A DNA stretch of 64,000 nt from Octopus sinensis (taxonomy: Eukaryota): assembly GCF_006345805.1 (NCBI RefSeq), contig NC_043002.1, positions 89,466,001 to 89,530,000 of the forward strand, written 5' to 3'. The notes under the pieces were generated by a model. It did no database searches and was not told the DNA's origin. It was given only the letters and a program-made list of their open reading frames with translations. Position numbers and translations under genes: made by a program. The first letter of the stretch is position 1. The number at the start of each line of letters is the position of its first letter. Shown here piece by piece: positions 50,644-63,069 of the stretch.

Positions 50644-51019
50644 TACAGGGTAAATGTTTTTTTAATTTTCTCCTGTTTACGGAATTGATCTTTATTTGCG
50701 GTAGAGCTTTGGCTGTTATTTCTAGTGGGTGATGGCCTATTATGGCCGTTCCTTAATTGTTAATGTGTGAACTTAAAAATGGTCTATGACTATTTAATTT
50801 TTTCCACTGGGCCGCTGGGTGCAATAAAATTCTACAAAATTTTCCTTGCCACCGCTATTGATTAATTATGAATTTTTTGGTTAATTCCGTAATGGAATCG
50901 ACGGCTGATATTTATTGCTGCCGATAAATTGGCGCGAGTGCGACGATTTGAAAATTTTAGGTCAGTATTGACTTGGCAGATGGGTATGCCTCGTGTAAAT
51001 ATCTGTTCCGACTTGAGCT

Positions 51020-51125
51020 ATTTCTTGCTGAAGAATCCGAGGGCTTATGGAAGATTGACTTGATTTAATTAATCAGGTTAGTTTACCATTAAACAGCGGA
51101 TGAAACGGTATACCGTACAAGAAAT
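51020..51125 (+). ncRNA. Type I hammerhead ribozyme, array unit 2
   Basis: Same core and stems; predicted cleavage after A51117, giving a 482-nt monomer (50636-51117). Confidence 0.92.
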
Positions 51126-52044
51126 TACAGGGTAAATGTTTTTTTTTATTTTTCCTGTTTACGGAATTGATCTTTATTTGCGTGGGGTAGAAGCTTTGGC
51201 TGTATTTCTAGTGGTGAATGGCCTATTATGGCCGTTCCTTAATTTTAATGTTGAACATATATACAATATATATTTGTGTGTATATATATACACACACACC
51301 ACACACATATATATATATATATACATACATATATATATATATATATATTATAATATATTATATGTATATATATATATATATATATATTCTATATATATAT
51401 ATATATAGAATATAGATATATATATATACATATATATATATAATCTACACATATATATACATATACATATATACACATATAATATAAATCTATACATATA
51501 AATTTGACATGAGCAATTCTTTCTTGTCTTGGGGTTCATGGTCAAATGGCTGGGTGGAATTGCATGAAAAATTAAACAGATGTTTAGAATGATCCAGTGG
51601 GGATGCTGAGCTTTGTATTTCTTCATAGCTCCCATGGTTACCGAGATAACCTACTATAATAATACTCTTGTGTGTATGAATGAGAAATGAAAGGGTGAGA
51701 GATGAATAAGGATGGGATGAGCGTTTCAATTCTGTGTAAATATATGTGTGTGTATGTAAAAGGGTGTATGTGAATTTGTGTGTGTGTGTGTGTATGCATG
51801 TGCAAGTACATTGGCTCATCTTTGTTCTCTTAGTATTTGGGTTTCTTTTTTGATTTCATTGAATCCTGGTTGCTTTTTTTTTTTTTGGTCATCAGTCATG
51901 TTTAGCATTTTGACAGAAAAAAGTCATTCCAAAATTGTTTTTTTAACGTAAGAGTGCCCAACAAGTTGAATGCTGACACAGAGCAGGTTTTATAGCCATA
52001 TTATCCAAACCAACAGGGTGAAACCGGTATTAGCTGCAAGTACG

Positions 52045-52075
<31 letters not shown>

Positions 52076-52107
52076 CACACACACATATATATACATATAT
52101 TACATAA

Positions 52108-52139
<32 letters not shown>

Positions 52140-52189
52140 TATAATATATATATATATACACACACACATATATATATACATATATATAC

Positions 52190-52230
<41 letters not shown>

Positions 52231-52262
52231 TATACATATACATATATATACATATATATATA

Positions 52263-52329
<67 letters not shown>

Positions 52330-52370
52330 TACATATACATATATATACATATACATACTCTATATACATA

Positions 52371-52411
<41 letters not shown>

Positions 52412-52473
52412 TATACATTCATATATATACATACATATACATACATATATATATATATATATATTTATATATA

Positions 52474-55400
52474 TCATCATCATTTAGCGTCCGTTTTCCA
52501 TGCTAGCATGGGTTGGACGGTTCAACTGGGGTCTGGGGAGCCCGAAGGCTGCACCAGGCCAGTCAGATCTGGCAGTGTTTCTACAGCTGGATGCCCTTCC
52601 TAACGCCAACCACTCCGAGAGTGTAGTGGGTGATTTTATGTGCCACCGACACAGGTGCCAGACGAGGCTGGCGAACGGCCACGCTCGATGGTGTTTTTAT
52701 GTGCCACCGACACAGGTGCCAGACGAGGCTGGCAGACGGCCACGCTCGGATGGTGTTTTTATGTGCCACCAGACACAGTGCCATGAGGCTGCGGACGGCC
52801 ACGATCGTATGGTGTTTGTTACGTCCCCAAAGCACGGAGGCCATCTATGCGGTACTGGCTACGGCCACGTTCGGATGATTTTCTTGTGTGCCACCGGCAC
52901 TGGTACCACAAAGATACAAATTCCATTGATGTTCATCTATTTTGATTTGTTTTGATTTGATTTGATTTTCACTTGCCTCAACAGGTCTTCACAAGTGTCA
53001 CAAGAAGGAAGGTATGCACAGGTGGACTGACTACGTCCCAGGTAGGGGCCACGGGTTATGGCCTGACTAGTCTTGCCGGGTCTTCGGATGGTGTTTTTAT
53101 GTGCCACCGACTCAGGTGCCAGATGAGGCTGGCGAACGGCCACGATCGGATGGTGTTTGTTGCGTGCCCACAGCACGGAGGCCAGTCGATGCGGTACTGG
53201 CTACGGCCACGTTCGGATGGTTTTCTTGTGTGCCACCGATGCGGTACTGGCTACGGCCACGTTCGGATGGTTTTCTTGTGTGCCACCGGCACTGGTACCA
53301 CAAAGATAAAATTCCATTGATGTTCATCTATTTTGATTTGATTTGATTTGATTTTCACTTGCCTCAACAGGTCTTCACAGGTCTTCACAAGTGTCACAAG
53401 AAGGAAGGAAGGTATGCACAGGTGGACTGACTACGTCCCAGTAGGGGCCACGGGTTATGGCCTGACTAGTCTTGCCGGGTCTTCGGTTGGTGTTTTTATG
53501 TGCCACTGACACAGGTGCCAGATGAGGCTGGCGGACGGCCACGATCGGATGGTGTTTGTTATGTGCCCACATCACAGAGGCCAGTCGATGCGGTACTGGC
53601 TACGGCCACGTTCGGATGGTTTTCTTGTGTGCCACCGGTACTGGTACCACAAAGATACAAATTCCATTGATGTTCATCTATTTTGATTTGGTTTGATTTG
53701 ATTTGATTTGATTTTGATTTTTTGATTTTCACTTGCCTCAACAGGTCTACACAAGTGTCATAAGTAGGAAGGTATGCACAGGTGGACTGACTACGTCGCC
53801 GGGTCTTCGGATGGTGTTTTTATGTGCCACCGACACAGGTGCCAGATGTGGCTGGCGAACGGCCACGATCAGATGGTTTTCTTGTGTGCCACCGGTACTG
53901 GAACCACAAAGATACAAATTCCATTGATGTTCATCTATTTTGATTTGGTTTGATTTTCACTTGCCTCAACAGGTCTTCACAAGTGTCACACGTGTCACAC
54001 ACTTGCCTCAACAGGTCTCCACAAGTGTCACACACTTGCCTCTGCCTCAACAGGTCTTCACAAGTGTCACACACTTGCCTCTGCCTCAACAGGTCTTCAC
54101 AAGTGTCACACACACTTGCCTCAACAGGTCTTCACAAGTGTCATAAGAGGGAAGGTATGCACAGGTGGACTGACTACGTCGCCGGGTCTTCGGATGGTGT
54201 TTTTATGTGCCACCGACACAGGTGCCAGATGAGGCTGGCGAATGGCCATGATCAGATGGTGTTTGTTGTGCCCACAGCACGGAGGCCAGTCGATGCGGTA
54301 CTTTTCTTGTGTGCCACCGGTACTTGGAACCACAAAGATACAAATTCCATTGATGTTCATCTATTTTGATTTGTTTTGATTTTCACTTGCCTCAACAGGT
54401 CTTCACAAGGGTCACACACTTGCCTCAACAGGTCTCCACAAGTGTCACACACTTGCCTCTGCCTCAACAGGTCTTCACAAGTGTCACACACTTGCCTCAA
54501 CAGGTCTTCACAAGTGTCATAAGAGGGAAGGTATGCACAGGTGGACTGACTACGTCGCCGGGTCTTCGGATGGTGTCTTTATGTGCCACCGGCACAGGTG
54601 CCAGATGAGGCTGGCGAACGGCCACGATCGGATGGTGTTTGTTGTGCCCACAGCACGGAGGCCAGTCGATGCGGTACTGGCTACGGCCACGTTTGGGTGG
54701 TTTCTTGTGTGCCACCGGCACTGGTACCACAAAGATACAATTCCACTGATGTTCATCTATTTTGATTTGTTTTGATTTGATTTTCACTTGCCTCAACAGG
54801 TCTTCATAAGTGTCACAAGAAGGAAGGTATGCACAGGAGGACTGACTACGTCCCAGGTAGGGTCCACGGGTTATGGCCTGACTAGTCTTGCCGGGTCTTC
54901 TCGCGCACAGCATGCTTCCATAGGTCTCGGTCTCTAGACATTTCCTTAGTGAGACCTAAAGTTCGAAGGTCGTGCTTCACCACCTCGTCCCAGGTTTTCC
55001 TGGGTCTACCTCTTCCACAGGTTCCCTCAACTGCTAGGGTGTAGCACTTTTGCACACAGCTATCTTCAGCCTTTCTCGTCACATGACCATACCAGCGCAG
55101 CCGTCTCTCTTGCACGCCACAACTGACGCTTCTTAGGTTCAGCTTTTCTCTCAAGGAACTTACACTCTGACGATTATGAACACTGACATTACACATCCAT
55201 CGGAGCATACTGGCTTCATTTCTTGCGAGCTTACGCATATCCTCAGCAGTCACGGCCCATGTTTCACTACCATGTAGCATGGCTGTACGTACACATGCAT
55301 CATACAGTCTGCCTTTTACTCTGAGCGAGAGGCCTTTTGTCACCAGCAGGGGTAAGAGCTCTCTAAACTTTGCCCAGGCTATTCTTACTCTAGCAGTTAC

Positions 55401-56545
55401 ACTTTCAGCACACCCCACCCCCGCTACTGACTTGGTCTCCTAGGTAGCGGAAGCTATCAACTACTTCTAGTTTGTCTCCCTGGAACGTGGCAGAAGTTGG
55501 TCTCTGCACATTTCCAGTGTTTATTGCTCCTGAGCATTTGCCACAGACAAAAACTATTTTCCTAGTTAGCCTTCCTTTGACATTGCTGCACCTCTTATGT
55601 GTCCATAGCTTACACTTGGTGCATCTTATAGAGTTTCTACCTACACCTTTTTTACAGATCGAGCAGGGCCATCTACCTGAAGGCGTTTGTGATTGATCTA
55701 CCTTCCTACTTATTAGGACTTTGGTTTTGGCTAGGTTGATTCTAAGGCCCTTCGATTCTAATCCTTGTTTCCACACCTGAAACTTCTCCTCCAGTTCTGA
55801 TAGTGACTCAGCAATTAGAGCAAGGTCATCAGCATAGAGGAGCTCCCAGGGGCAACCTGTCTTGAATTCCTCCGTTTTGCCTGGAGGACTATGATAAATA
55901 GGAGGGGACTGAGGACTGAACCTTGGTGGACCCCAACCTCTACCCGAATTCTTCACTGTACTCGTTGCCAACCCTCACCTTACTAGCAGCGTCTCTGTAC
56001 ATGGCTTGCACAGCTCTCACCAACCATTCTTCTATCCCTAGTTTCCTCATTGACCACCAGATAAGGGATCGGGGGACCCTGTCAAAGGCTTTCTCCAAGT
56101 CAACAAAAGCCAGGTACAAGGGCTTATCTTTGGCTAGGTATTTCTCCTGCAGCTGTCTTACCAGGAATATAGCATCAGTAGTACTTTTCCCTGGCACGAA
56201 CCCAAACTGCATATCATCTAAGCTAACTCTCTCTCTAATTAGTTGGGCTACAACCCTCTCCGTAACCTTCATTACCTGATCCAGCAGCTTGATGCCCCTG
56301 TAGTTATTTGTCTCTAGGGCGTCGCCTTTACCTTTGTAGCAGTTGACTATTATGCTGCTACACCAGTCATTGGGTATGACCCCCTCGTGTATCACCTGGT
56401 TAACTATACGGGTGACTAAGCTATAGCCGACACCACCAGATATTTTGAGCATCTCTGCAGTAATTCCTGATGGGCCTGGGGCTTTCCCTGTTTTCATGCT
56501 TCTAATTGCTTATCTACTAAGGAACTGTTAACTCGGATTGTATAA
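52474..56545 (-). mobile_element. Young 5'-truncated RTE LINE with six-fold amplified 3'UTR
   Basis: RT motifs MKTGKAPGPSG, NYRGIKLL, QFGF.PGKSTTDAIF, AFVDLEKAFDRVPR, GVHQGSVLSPLLF, LLYADDL, YLG across ORFs 55940-56497, 55405-55971 and 54882-55418 (frameshifts); (ATG)n tail at ~52474. Confidence 0.95.
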
Positions 56546-56563
56546 ATAAATATTATATATATG

Positions 56564-56611
<48 letters not shown>

Positions 56612-56621
56612 TATATATATA

Positions 56622-56667
<46 letters not shown>

Positions 56668-56670
<3 letters not shown>

Positions 56671-56838
56671 TAGGAGTGGCTATGTGGTAAGTAGCTTGCT
56701 TACGAACCACATGGATCCAGGTTCAGTACCACTGCGTGGCACCTTGGGCAAGAATCTTCTACTATAGCTTCGGCCGACCAAAGCCTTGTGAGTGGATTTG
56801 GTAGACGAAAACTGAAAGAAGCCCGTCGTATGTGTTTT

Positions 56839-56873
<35 letters not shown>

Positions 56874-57772
56874 GTGTGTGTGTGTATATGTTTGTGGGAT
56901 CTTTTCCTTTTGAACGGCAGTTTTCAACACAATTTCTAGTTAACTAAACACTTTTAAACTTTGTATACTGGTTGAATGTGTCAAAATAAAACATTTTTTT
57001 TCTTGGCTTTCTTGAGAAAATTGTAATTTGTAAGTTTAATGTAGTTTAATTTTTCGAATTTTAACCAATCGATGGCCTCTATTGAGCTAAAATCATTTGC
57101 TGCGTCTAAAACTGAGACAACATCCTGTCACTAACCCTAACCCTAAATTTTAGCCTTTTTTTTTTCTCAATTGTTATCCTTAAATTAATTTAACAATTAA
57201 GAAAAAAAAAACGAAAGCAAAAACTCAAAACAAAAACAAAGCGAATAATTTTAGATACACGCGTAACAATTAAATTAATTTAACAATTAAGAAAAAAAAA
57301 CGAAAGGCTAAAATTTAGGGTTAGTGACAGGATGTTGTCTCAGTTTTAGACGCAGCAAATGACTTTACATCAATAGAGGCCATTGATTGGTTAAAATACG
57401 AAAAATTAAACTATGTTAAACTTACAAATTACAATTTTCTCAAGAAAGCCAAGAGAAAAAAATGTTTTATTTTGAACATTCTACCAGTATACGAAGTTTA
57501 AAAGTGTTTAGTTAACTAGAAATTGTGTTGAAAATTGCCGTTCAAAAGGAAAAGATCCTGTTTGTGTGTCTGTGTTTGCATTCCCCCACCAACATTGCTT
57601 GACAATCGATGCTGGTGTGTTTACATCCCCGTAACTTTGCGATTCGGCAAAAGAGACAGAGAATAAGTACTAGGCTTACAAAGAATAAGTCCTGGGGTCG
57701 ATTTGCTCGACTAAAGGTGGTGCTCCAGCATGGCTGCAGTCAAATGACTGAAACAAGTAAAAAGTAAAAGAG
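56668..57772 (+). mobile_element. tRNA-derived SINE split by a Merlin-like MITE
   Basis: Head 56668-56896 and tail 57559-57772 rejoin across the TSD tgtttgtg. Confidence 0.88.
56897..57558. mobile_element. Fold-back MITE, Merlin-like
   Basis: TIR GGATCTTTTCCTTTTGAACGGCA; long internal palindrome; 8-bp TSD tgtttgtg (56889-56896 and 57559-57566). Confidence 0.9.
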
Positions 57773-57965
57773 TATATATATATATAACAGTCTTCTTTCA
57801 GTTTCTGTCTACCAAATCCACCCATAAATCTTTGGCTGACACACGGCTATAGTAAGAAGACACTTGTCGAAGGCACAACTCAGCGGTCCTGCAGAAGCCA
57901 GGACCATGTAGTTGCAAAGCGAACTTCCTACCACACAGCTCCACCTGTGCCTATATAGTTATTTC

Positions 57966-58767
57966 GGATCTTTTCCTTTTGAACAGCACTTTGTAACATA
58001 ATTTCTAGTTAACTAAACACTTTAAAACTTCGTATACTGGTAGAATGTGTTTATAAAACGTCATTTTTTCTTGGCTTTATTGAGAAAATTCTATATGTTG
58101 TAACATATTTCGTCTTTAATTTTGAGCATTTCGGCAATTGTAACCAATTGCTGACCATTTAGGTAAACATCATTCCGTGCTGTATGAATATGTCCCTCGT
58201 TTAAGAAACAGATTGGGTTTATTTACATTTGTGAAGAAAAAAAGATACCCTTCCCCCACCCCTAACCCTAAATCTAAAATAGATTGAAATGCAATAGATC
58301 GATACTAGGGTTATAATTATGGGTGACAATTTCATACGACACTGCTATGGAAAATGGGATTTTTTTCTAGCAGTGTCAAATGAAAATGTCACCCATAATT
58401 ATGGCCCTAGTATCGATCTATTGCATTTCAATCTATTTTAGATTTAGGGTTAGAGTTAGGGTGAGTTAGGGTTAGGGTTAGGATAAGGGTATCTTTTTTC
58501 TTCACAAATGTAAATAAACCCAATCTGTTTCTTAAAGGAGGGACATATTCATACAGCATGGAATGTTGTTTACCTAAATGGAGGTCAGCGATTGGTTAAA
58601 ATTGCCGAAATGCTCGAAATTAAAGACGAAATATGTTACAACATATAGAATTTTCTCAATAAAGCCAAGAAAAAAATGATGTTTAAAAGTGTTTAGTTAA
58701 CGAAGTTTAAAAGTGTTTAGTTAACTAGAAATTGTGTTGAAAAGTGCCGTTCAAAAGGAAAAGATCC
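57966..58767. mobile_element. Fold-back MITE, Merlin-like
   Basis: Same TIR; 8-bp TSD gttatttc (57958-57965 and 58768-58775); internal TTAGGG-like repeats. Confidence 0.9.
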
Positions 58768-59923
58768 GTTATTTCTTTGTTTAATTATTCATAATGAGTT
58801 AAATCCTTCTTTATCATTAATCATTATTTTAATTGCACATTTTTTCATCCAACCACCAAAAACATTAAGGCACTTCGAGTTATCGCTCTTTAATTTATTA
58901 TTTTGCAAGAGTTACTGTTCTTGCTCCGTTGTTGGATTTCCTAGGTTCATAAAAAATGCTGTCAACAAAACTTTAGGTATTTACTATTTATTTATTTATT
59001 AAAAAAAAAACAAAAAAACATTGAACATTATAAGATTATCGAAATATTGTCTGCAGTGGTGTAAGATATAGTTCGCAGGAGATTTAGTTGCTACCTACCG
59101 CTGAGTATAAAGTTTGCAATTTCATCATGTCCCAATTTAAAAACACAAATATCAAATTTAGTTTTATCGTCCGTTGTTACTTCCTCCTCAACGACACACA
59201 TTTGATTACGCAAGAAACGATACATGGTTTCGTTCAAGTTCAAACACATTCGATCACACCCTTAATGAAGGCATTCCAACGCAAATTATCCTATATTTCT
59301 AGGAGTATCTAGGATGAATACATCCTAATGTATTAATCCTCTTTTTAAAAAGACGTTAGTCAGATACTAGGCAATTTGATTGCTGCTTTTAGCATGTCGA
59401 GAAATTGTATGTAGAAGTGTTTCCTTTGTTGGTTCGTTAAATATTTATGCATTAAGTTTCACGTGGACCCTTTTGGCAGTCTCTCTGGTAAGGAAAGAAC
59501 TGGTGAGTTTCATTATTAAACAATTCATGGGAATACGCTCCTCTTCTCTCTTACCAACGACAAATTAGCGGAAGTCTCCTTATCAAAAGGTAAACAACTT
59601 GTGTGTCCAGTCACAACTTATTTACACAATGGTTGGTATACTGTATTGGTTCTCTATTGATTATGGTCGGTACGTTATCCCAAATATGAGAACGATGTGT
59701 CTATTACAAGTTTAGTTATCAATAAGTAATCTTCCATTACTTTATCGCCATCTCAGTAGTAGGGAGGTGAACCATTCTGATGAATTGTTTAAAAACGTTG
59801 AAGGCGACCTGTTCAACCCTTATCCTAAGCTGCCGAAAAACACCCCCGTGGGACTAATTTTACAGCGAGAAAAAGTAGCTAACGTTTCTATTATGTTAAA
59901 CTGTCGTTTGTCCAAATTTGGCC

Positions 59924-60289
59924 TACTCTTTTACTTGTTTCAGTCAATTGACTGCGGCCATGCTGGAGCACCACCTTTAGTCGAGCAAATCGACCCCAGG
60001 AGTTATTCTTTTTTGTAAGCCCAGTACTTATTCTATCGGTCTCTTTTGCCGAACCGCTAAGTGACGGGGACGTAAACACACCAACATCGATTGTCAATCA
60101 ATGACACAGACACACAAACATATATACGACAGGCTTCTTTCAGTTTCCGTCTACCATATCTACTCACAAGGCATTGGTCGGCCCGGGGCTATAGCAGAAG
60201 ACACTTGCCCAAGATGCCACGCAGTGGGACTGAATCCAGAACCATGTGGTTGGTTAGCAAGTTACTTACCACACAACCACTCCTGCGCC
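59924..60289 (-). mobile_element. Full-length tRNA-derived octopus SINE
   Basis: Same family as 47901-48312. Confidence 0.9.
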
Positions 60290-60559
60290 TATTGCGGTTT
60301 TTTTTTTTTTTTTTTTCAATATTTAATTTTGCTTGCAATAACTAGTTCTTTTGGCCAAACTATCGTTTCTCTAGCTGCTTCAGATGCTAAGATATGAAAA
60401 TTGTCCAAGTGTAGTAAGTTCCACGTACGATAGTTTTGCAAAAATACTTCTGACTGAAAATATCATACATGTATGGAGTTACGATTTTATGCATCCAACA
60501 AAGTATTATTGTTAAGCTGAAACTGTTGCTAATGTTAAAAAAAAAAAAAAAATGTAATA

Positions 60560-60833
60560 GTGAAACTATGCAGCACGAAGTTTTGTCAGTGAACAGGTCG
60601 CGGTTTCAAAGCGACGAAAATATTTTGACACGTGTTCTTAAATAGACTTATAAACATCCCGCTGCAATTGTTTTTGTTTCAGCATACGATCTCAGATCCA
60701 GTCACTTTCTATGCAAGTACATATCCATAACTATTTTTTTGTTTTCTGAAAAAGCAACGTTTTGGACTTACGACACTTTTACATAATAGCAACTTTATAA
60801 ATTGCGAGTTCATGTGTTTATTTATCAGATAAG
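60560..60833 (+). promoter_or_regulatory. Candidate promoter and non-coding first exon of the CIDE-N gene
   Basis: Non-repeat, locally CpG-retaining DNA ending in a donor-like ataag|gtaaaa at 60833/60834; suggestive only. Confidence 0.25.
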
Positions 60834-61629
60834 GTAAAACTTAATCTGGCGGAATTCTTGTTTAAGCACCCCGGTTTAATGTTTACTTGAACTCCCGATC
60901 ACCAAGACAAAACTTTTCCCTCATAACTTTCAGGAAAACGTGCTATTTAAGGGCGATTTAGCTGGTGTTTTTAACACATCCCATGACCACCTGATACTGT
61001 TCACGTTCTTTTGTCACTCTGACATGTATGTATGTTTTTCTATATTTTTCTCCCCATAAACACATTCTATGGAATGATGATGCACCCAAGGGTGATCCAT
61101 TGCTGGGATTTAGGCAAAAAAATTTGGACTGTCTGTATTTTAAACTATGATTTAAAAAGAATTAAAAAAAAGAGAGGAAATATTTGGATTTATGGGGTGG
61201 GGGTACACAAAATTTAAGAAAACATTTCTTTTTCATAATTATATCAATTCCTGTGTGTAGAAGAAAAACTGGCAATTTCCTGAAAATTCCAAAAAATAAA
61301 AAAATTAACGGAGCTATATGGGGTTAAACCAGAATTCTGCCTTTAATCTTAATTATTAAATTCAGTATAAAGAACAGTAAAAAAAAAATCAACCTTAACT
61401 GGGTTTGAACTCAGACTACTGACAAACCAGGCTAGCGTTCTTGATAATAAGCAGTGAATTATAGAAGTGAGATTACTACTCCTTAAATCCAGATATCATG
61501 AGTTGTTTTAATTTCTTAAGAAAGATGGTTGTATTTTAGCTCCAGGACAGCCCTGAACAAGTGGATCTATGATGAAAAATGTTCCAGCCATGACCATTCT
61601 GTCTTTTTATTCTTTTAGACAACATTATC

Positions 61630-61915
61630 TAGTCATGACTTCAGGAAACATTTTTTCACGCTCAGAGTTGCTGAAGCATGGAACAAACTGCCGGCATCAG
61701 TTGTTAGTTGTCGGAGCACTGCATCCTTCAAAACTTCCATGCTTCCTGAGATTCGCCAACACTACACTTGATTTTCTCCCCTCCATACACACACGAGCAT
61801 GTATCTGACTCATACATTGTTCGCTTTCCAGATATTTCTACATTACTGCATGTACTTTATATGCACTTTCTGACAAGTTGTGGTGCATCTGAGCACTGTA
61901 TACAATAATTTCATT
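61630..61915 (+). mobile_element. CR1 LINE 3' end
   Basis: HDFRKHFFTLRVAEAWNKLPASVV....ASFK, the typical CR1 ORF2 C-terminus, then 3'UTR. Confidence 0.8.
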
Positions 61916-63069
61916 ATATATTATATATCCTTTTTTAAACTGCAGAATTTGGTTTGTAGGAGATTTGGCTGATATTTTTACTAAGCTTGCTGACCATATA
62001 GAAAGAGATGGTTTGGTAAAATAGGGAAGTAAGGATGTTTTGACAGTTAGCTGAGGGATGAGTGGTACATATTCTGTTACTGATGGTCATGGCATTCAGC
62101 AATCCACATTGCTTAATGTTGTATACCTCAGACCTTAAACAAACCTATATTCCAGCAATGGCAACCATCTCATCATTTTTACTATGTGTGCATGTGATTA
62201 CTCAATGTGTTTTTCCTTTTGCAATACAGTAGGGACTGGATACAGAGAGATTTGGTTACTATTTCTAACTGGTTGGGACCAAGCAAGTAGAGGTTTCCTC
62301 AATCGTTCTGTAGCCTTAGATTAACTGTAAGCTAGGTAACATATAGCACATGTATAACATTGTCTTTTGTTAGTAAGCATTATTTCCTATTTGTTTCTAT
62401 CTAGAAATCAAAGGAAATGACTACTACTCCCTTCAAACTTTGCTTTTGTGACCTGGATTTCAGTGTTTTGAAACTGACCTATTTTTCATTACATTTAAGA
62501 CATTCATTGATGAGTTGCTGAAGCAGAAATATTGTTATAGCAAATATTCAGTTCAATACCACAGATTTGCTTGACCTTAACCAATTGAGCATGTCCCTTA
62601 GTGGCTGACAATATGTGCATCTCTGATCATGAGCAGGAGTAGTGGGGGAGCATCATAGCCATGTATTGAGAGGGTATTCTTTGGGGTTTGCATAAATGTA
62701 AGAAAAGCAAAGTTTGAAGGAAATATTAGCCATTTTTTAATACTTTCTAGGGGTAAGCAAATAGGAAATAAAAGTTACCACCCAAGGACTAAAATCTGTT
62801 ATAAATCTGTTAATTCTGTTGCAGAAGCGCAAACCTTTTCCAGATATACAAGGTCTGTGTCTAGTTGAGGATCTTTACTGCACACTCCAGCATGTAGTGA
62901 AGATTCATATCATATGAGGTACCTCCTTAAATAGATATAACAAGAGCAACAGTATTTGGGGGTAGCTATTTAAATAAATGTAATCAACAACAACATTATC
63001 AAATGATATGTAGGTTTATTTGTTGTTGTACTTTATTTATACTTTAGAGCTGTTTAATAACTGAAGACC

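Larger units (their letters stand above)
49835..51256 (+). repeat. Tandem array of a ~482-491-bp HHR-containing unit (non-LTR retrozyme-like) with a 5' inverted partial unit
   Basis: Forward units start at 50154, 50645 and 51127 (partial); 49835-50153 is an inverted partial unit; no ORF; (TA)n on both sides. Confidence 0.88.

Noticed and set aside
53960-54140. Short direct repeats resembling a CRISPR array
   Set aside because: Eukaryotic DNA, no unique spacers, and the units are part of the RTE 3'UTR.
58440-58485. TTAGGG repeats as a telomere or interstitial telomeric site
   Set aside because: They are internal to a TIR/TSD-bounded MITE, and the other family copies carry similar runs.
59770-59815. 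CTGATGA...GAAG motif
   Set aside because: Core reads GAAG, stem II is poorly paired and there is no stem I; likely chance.
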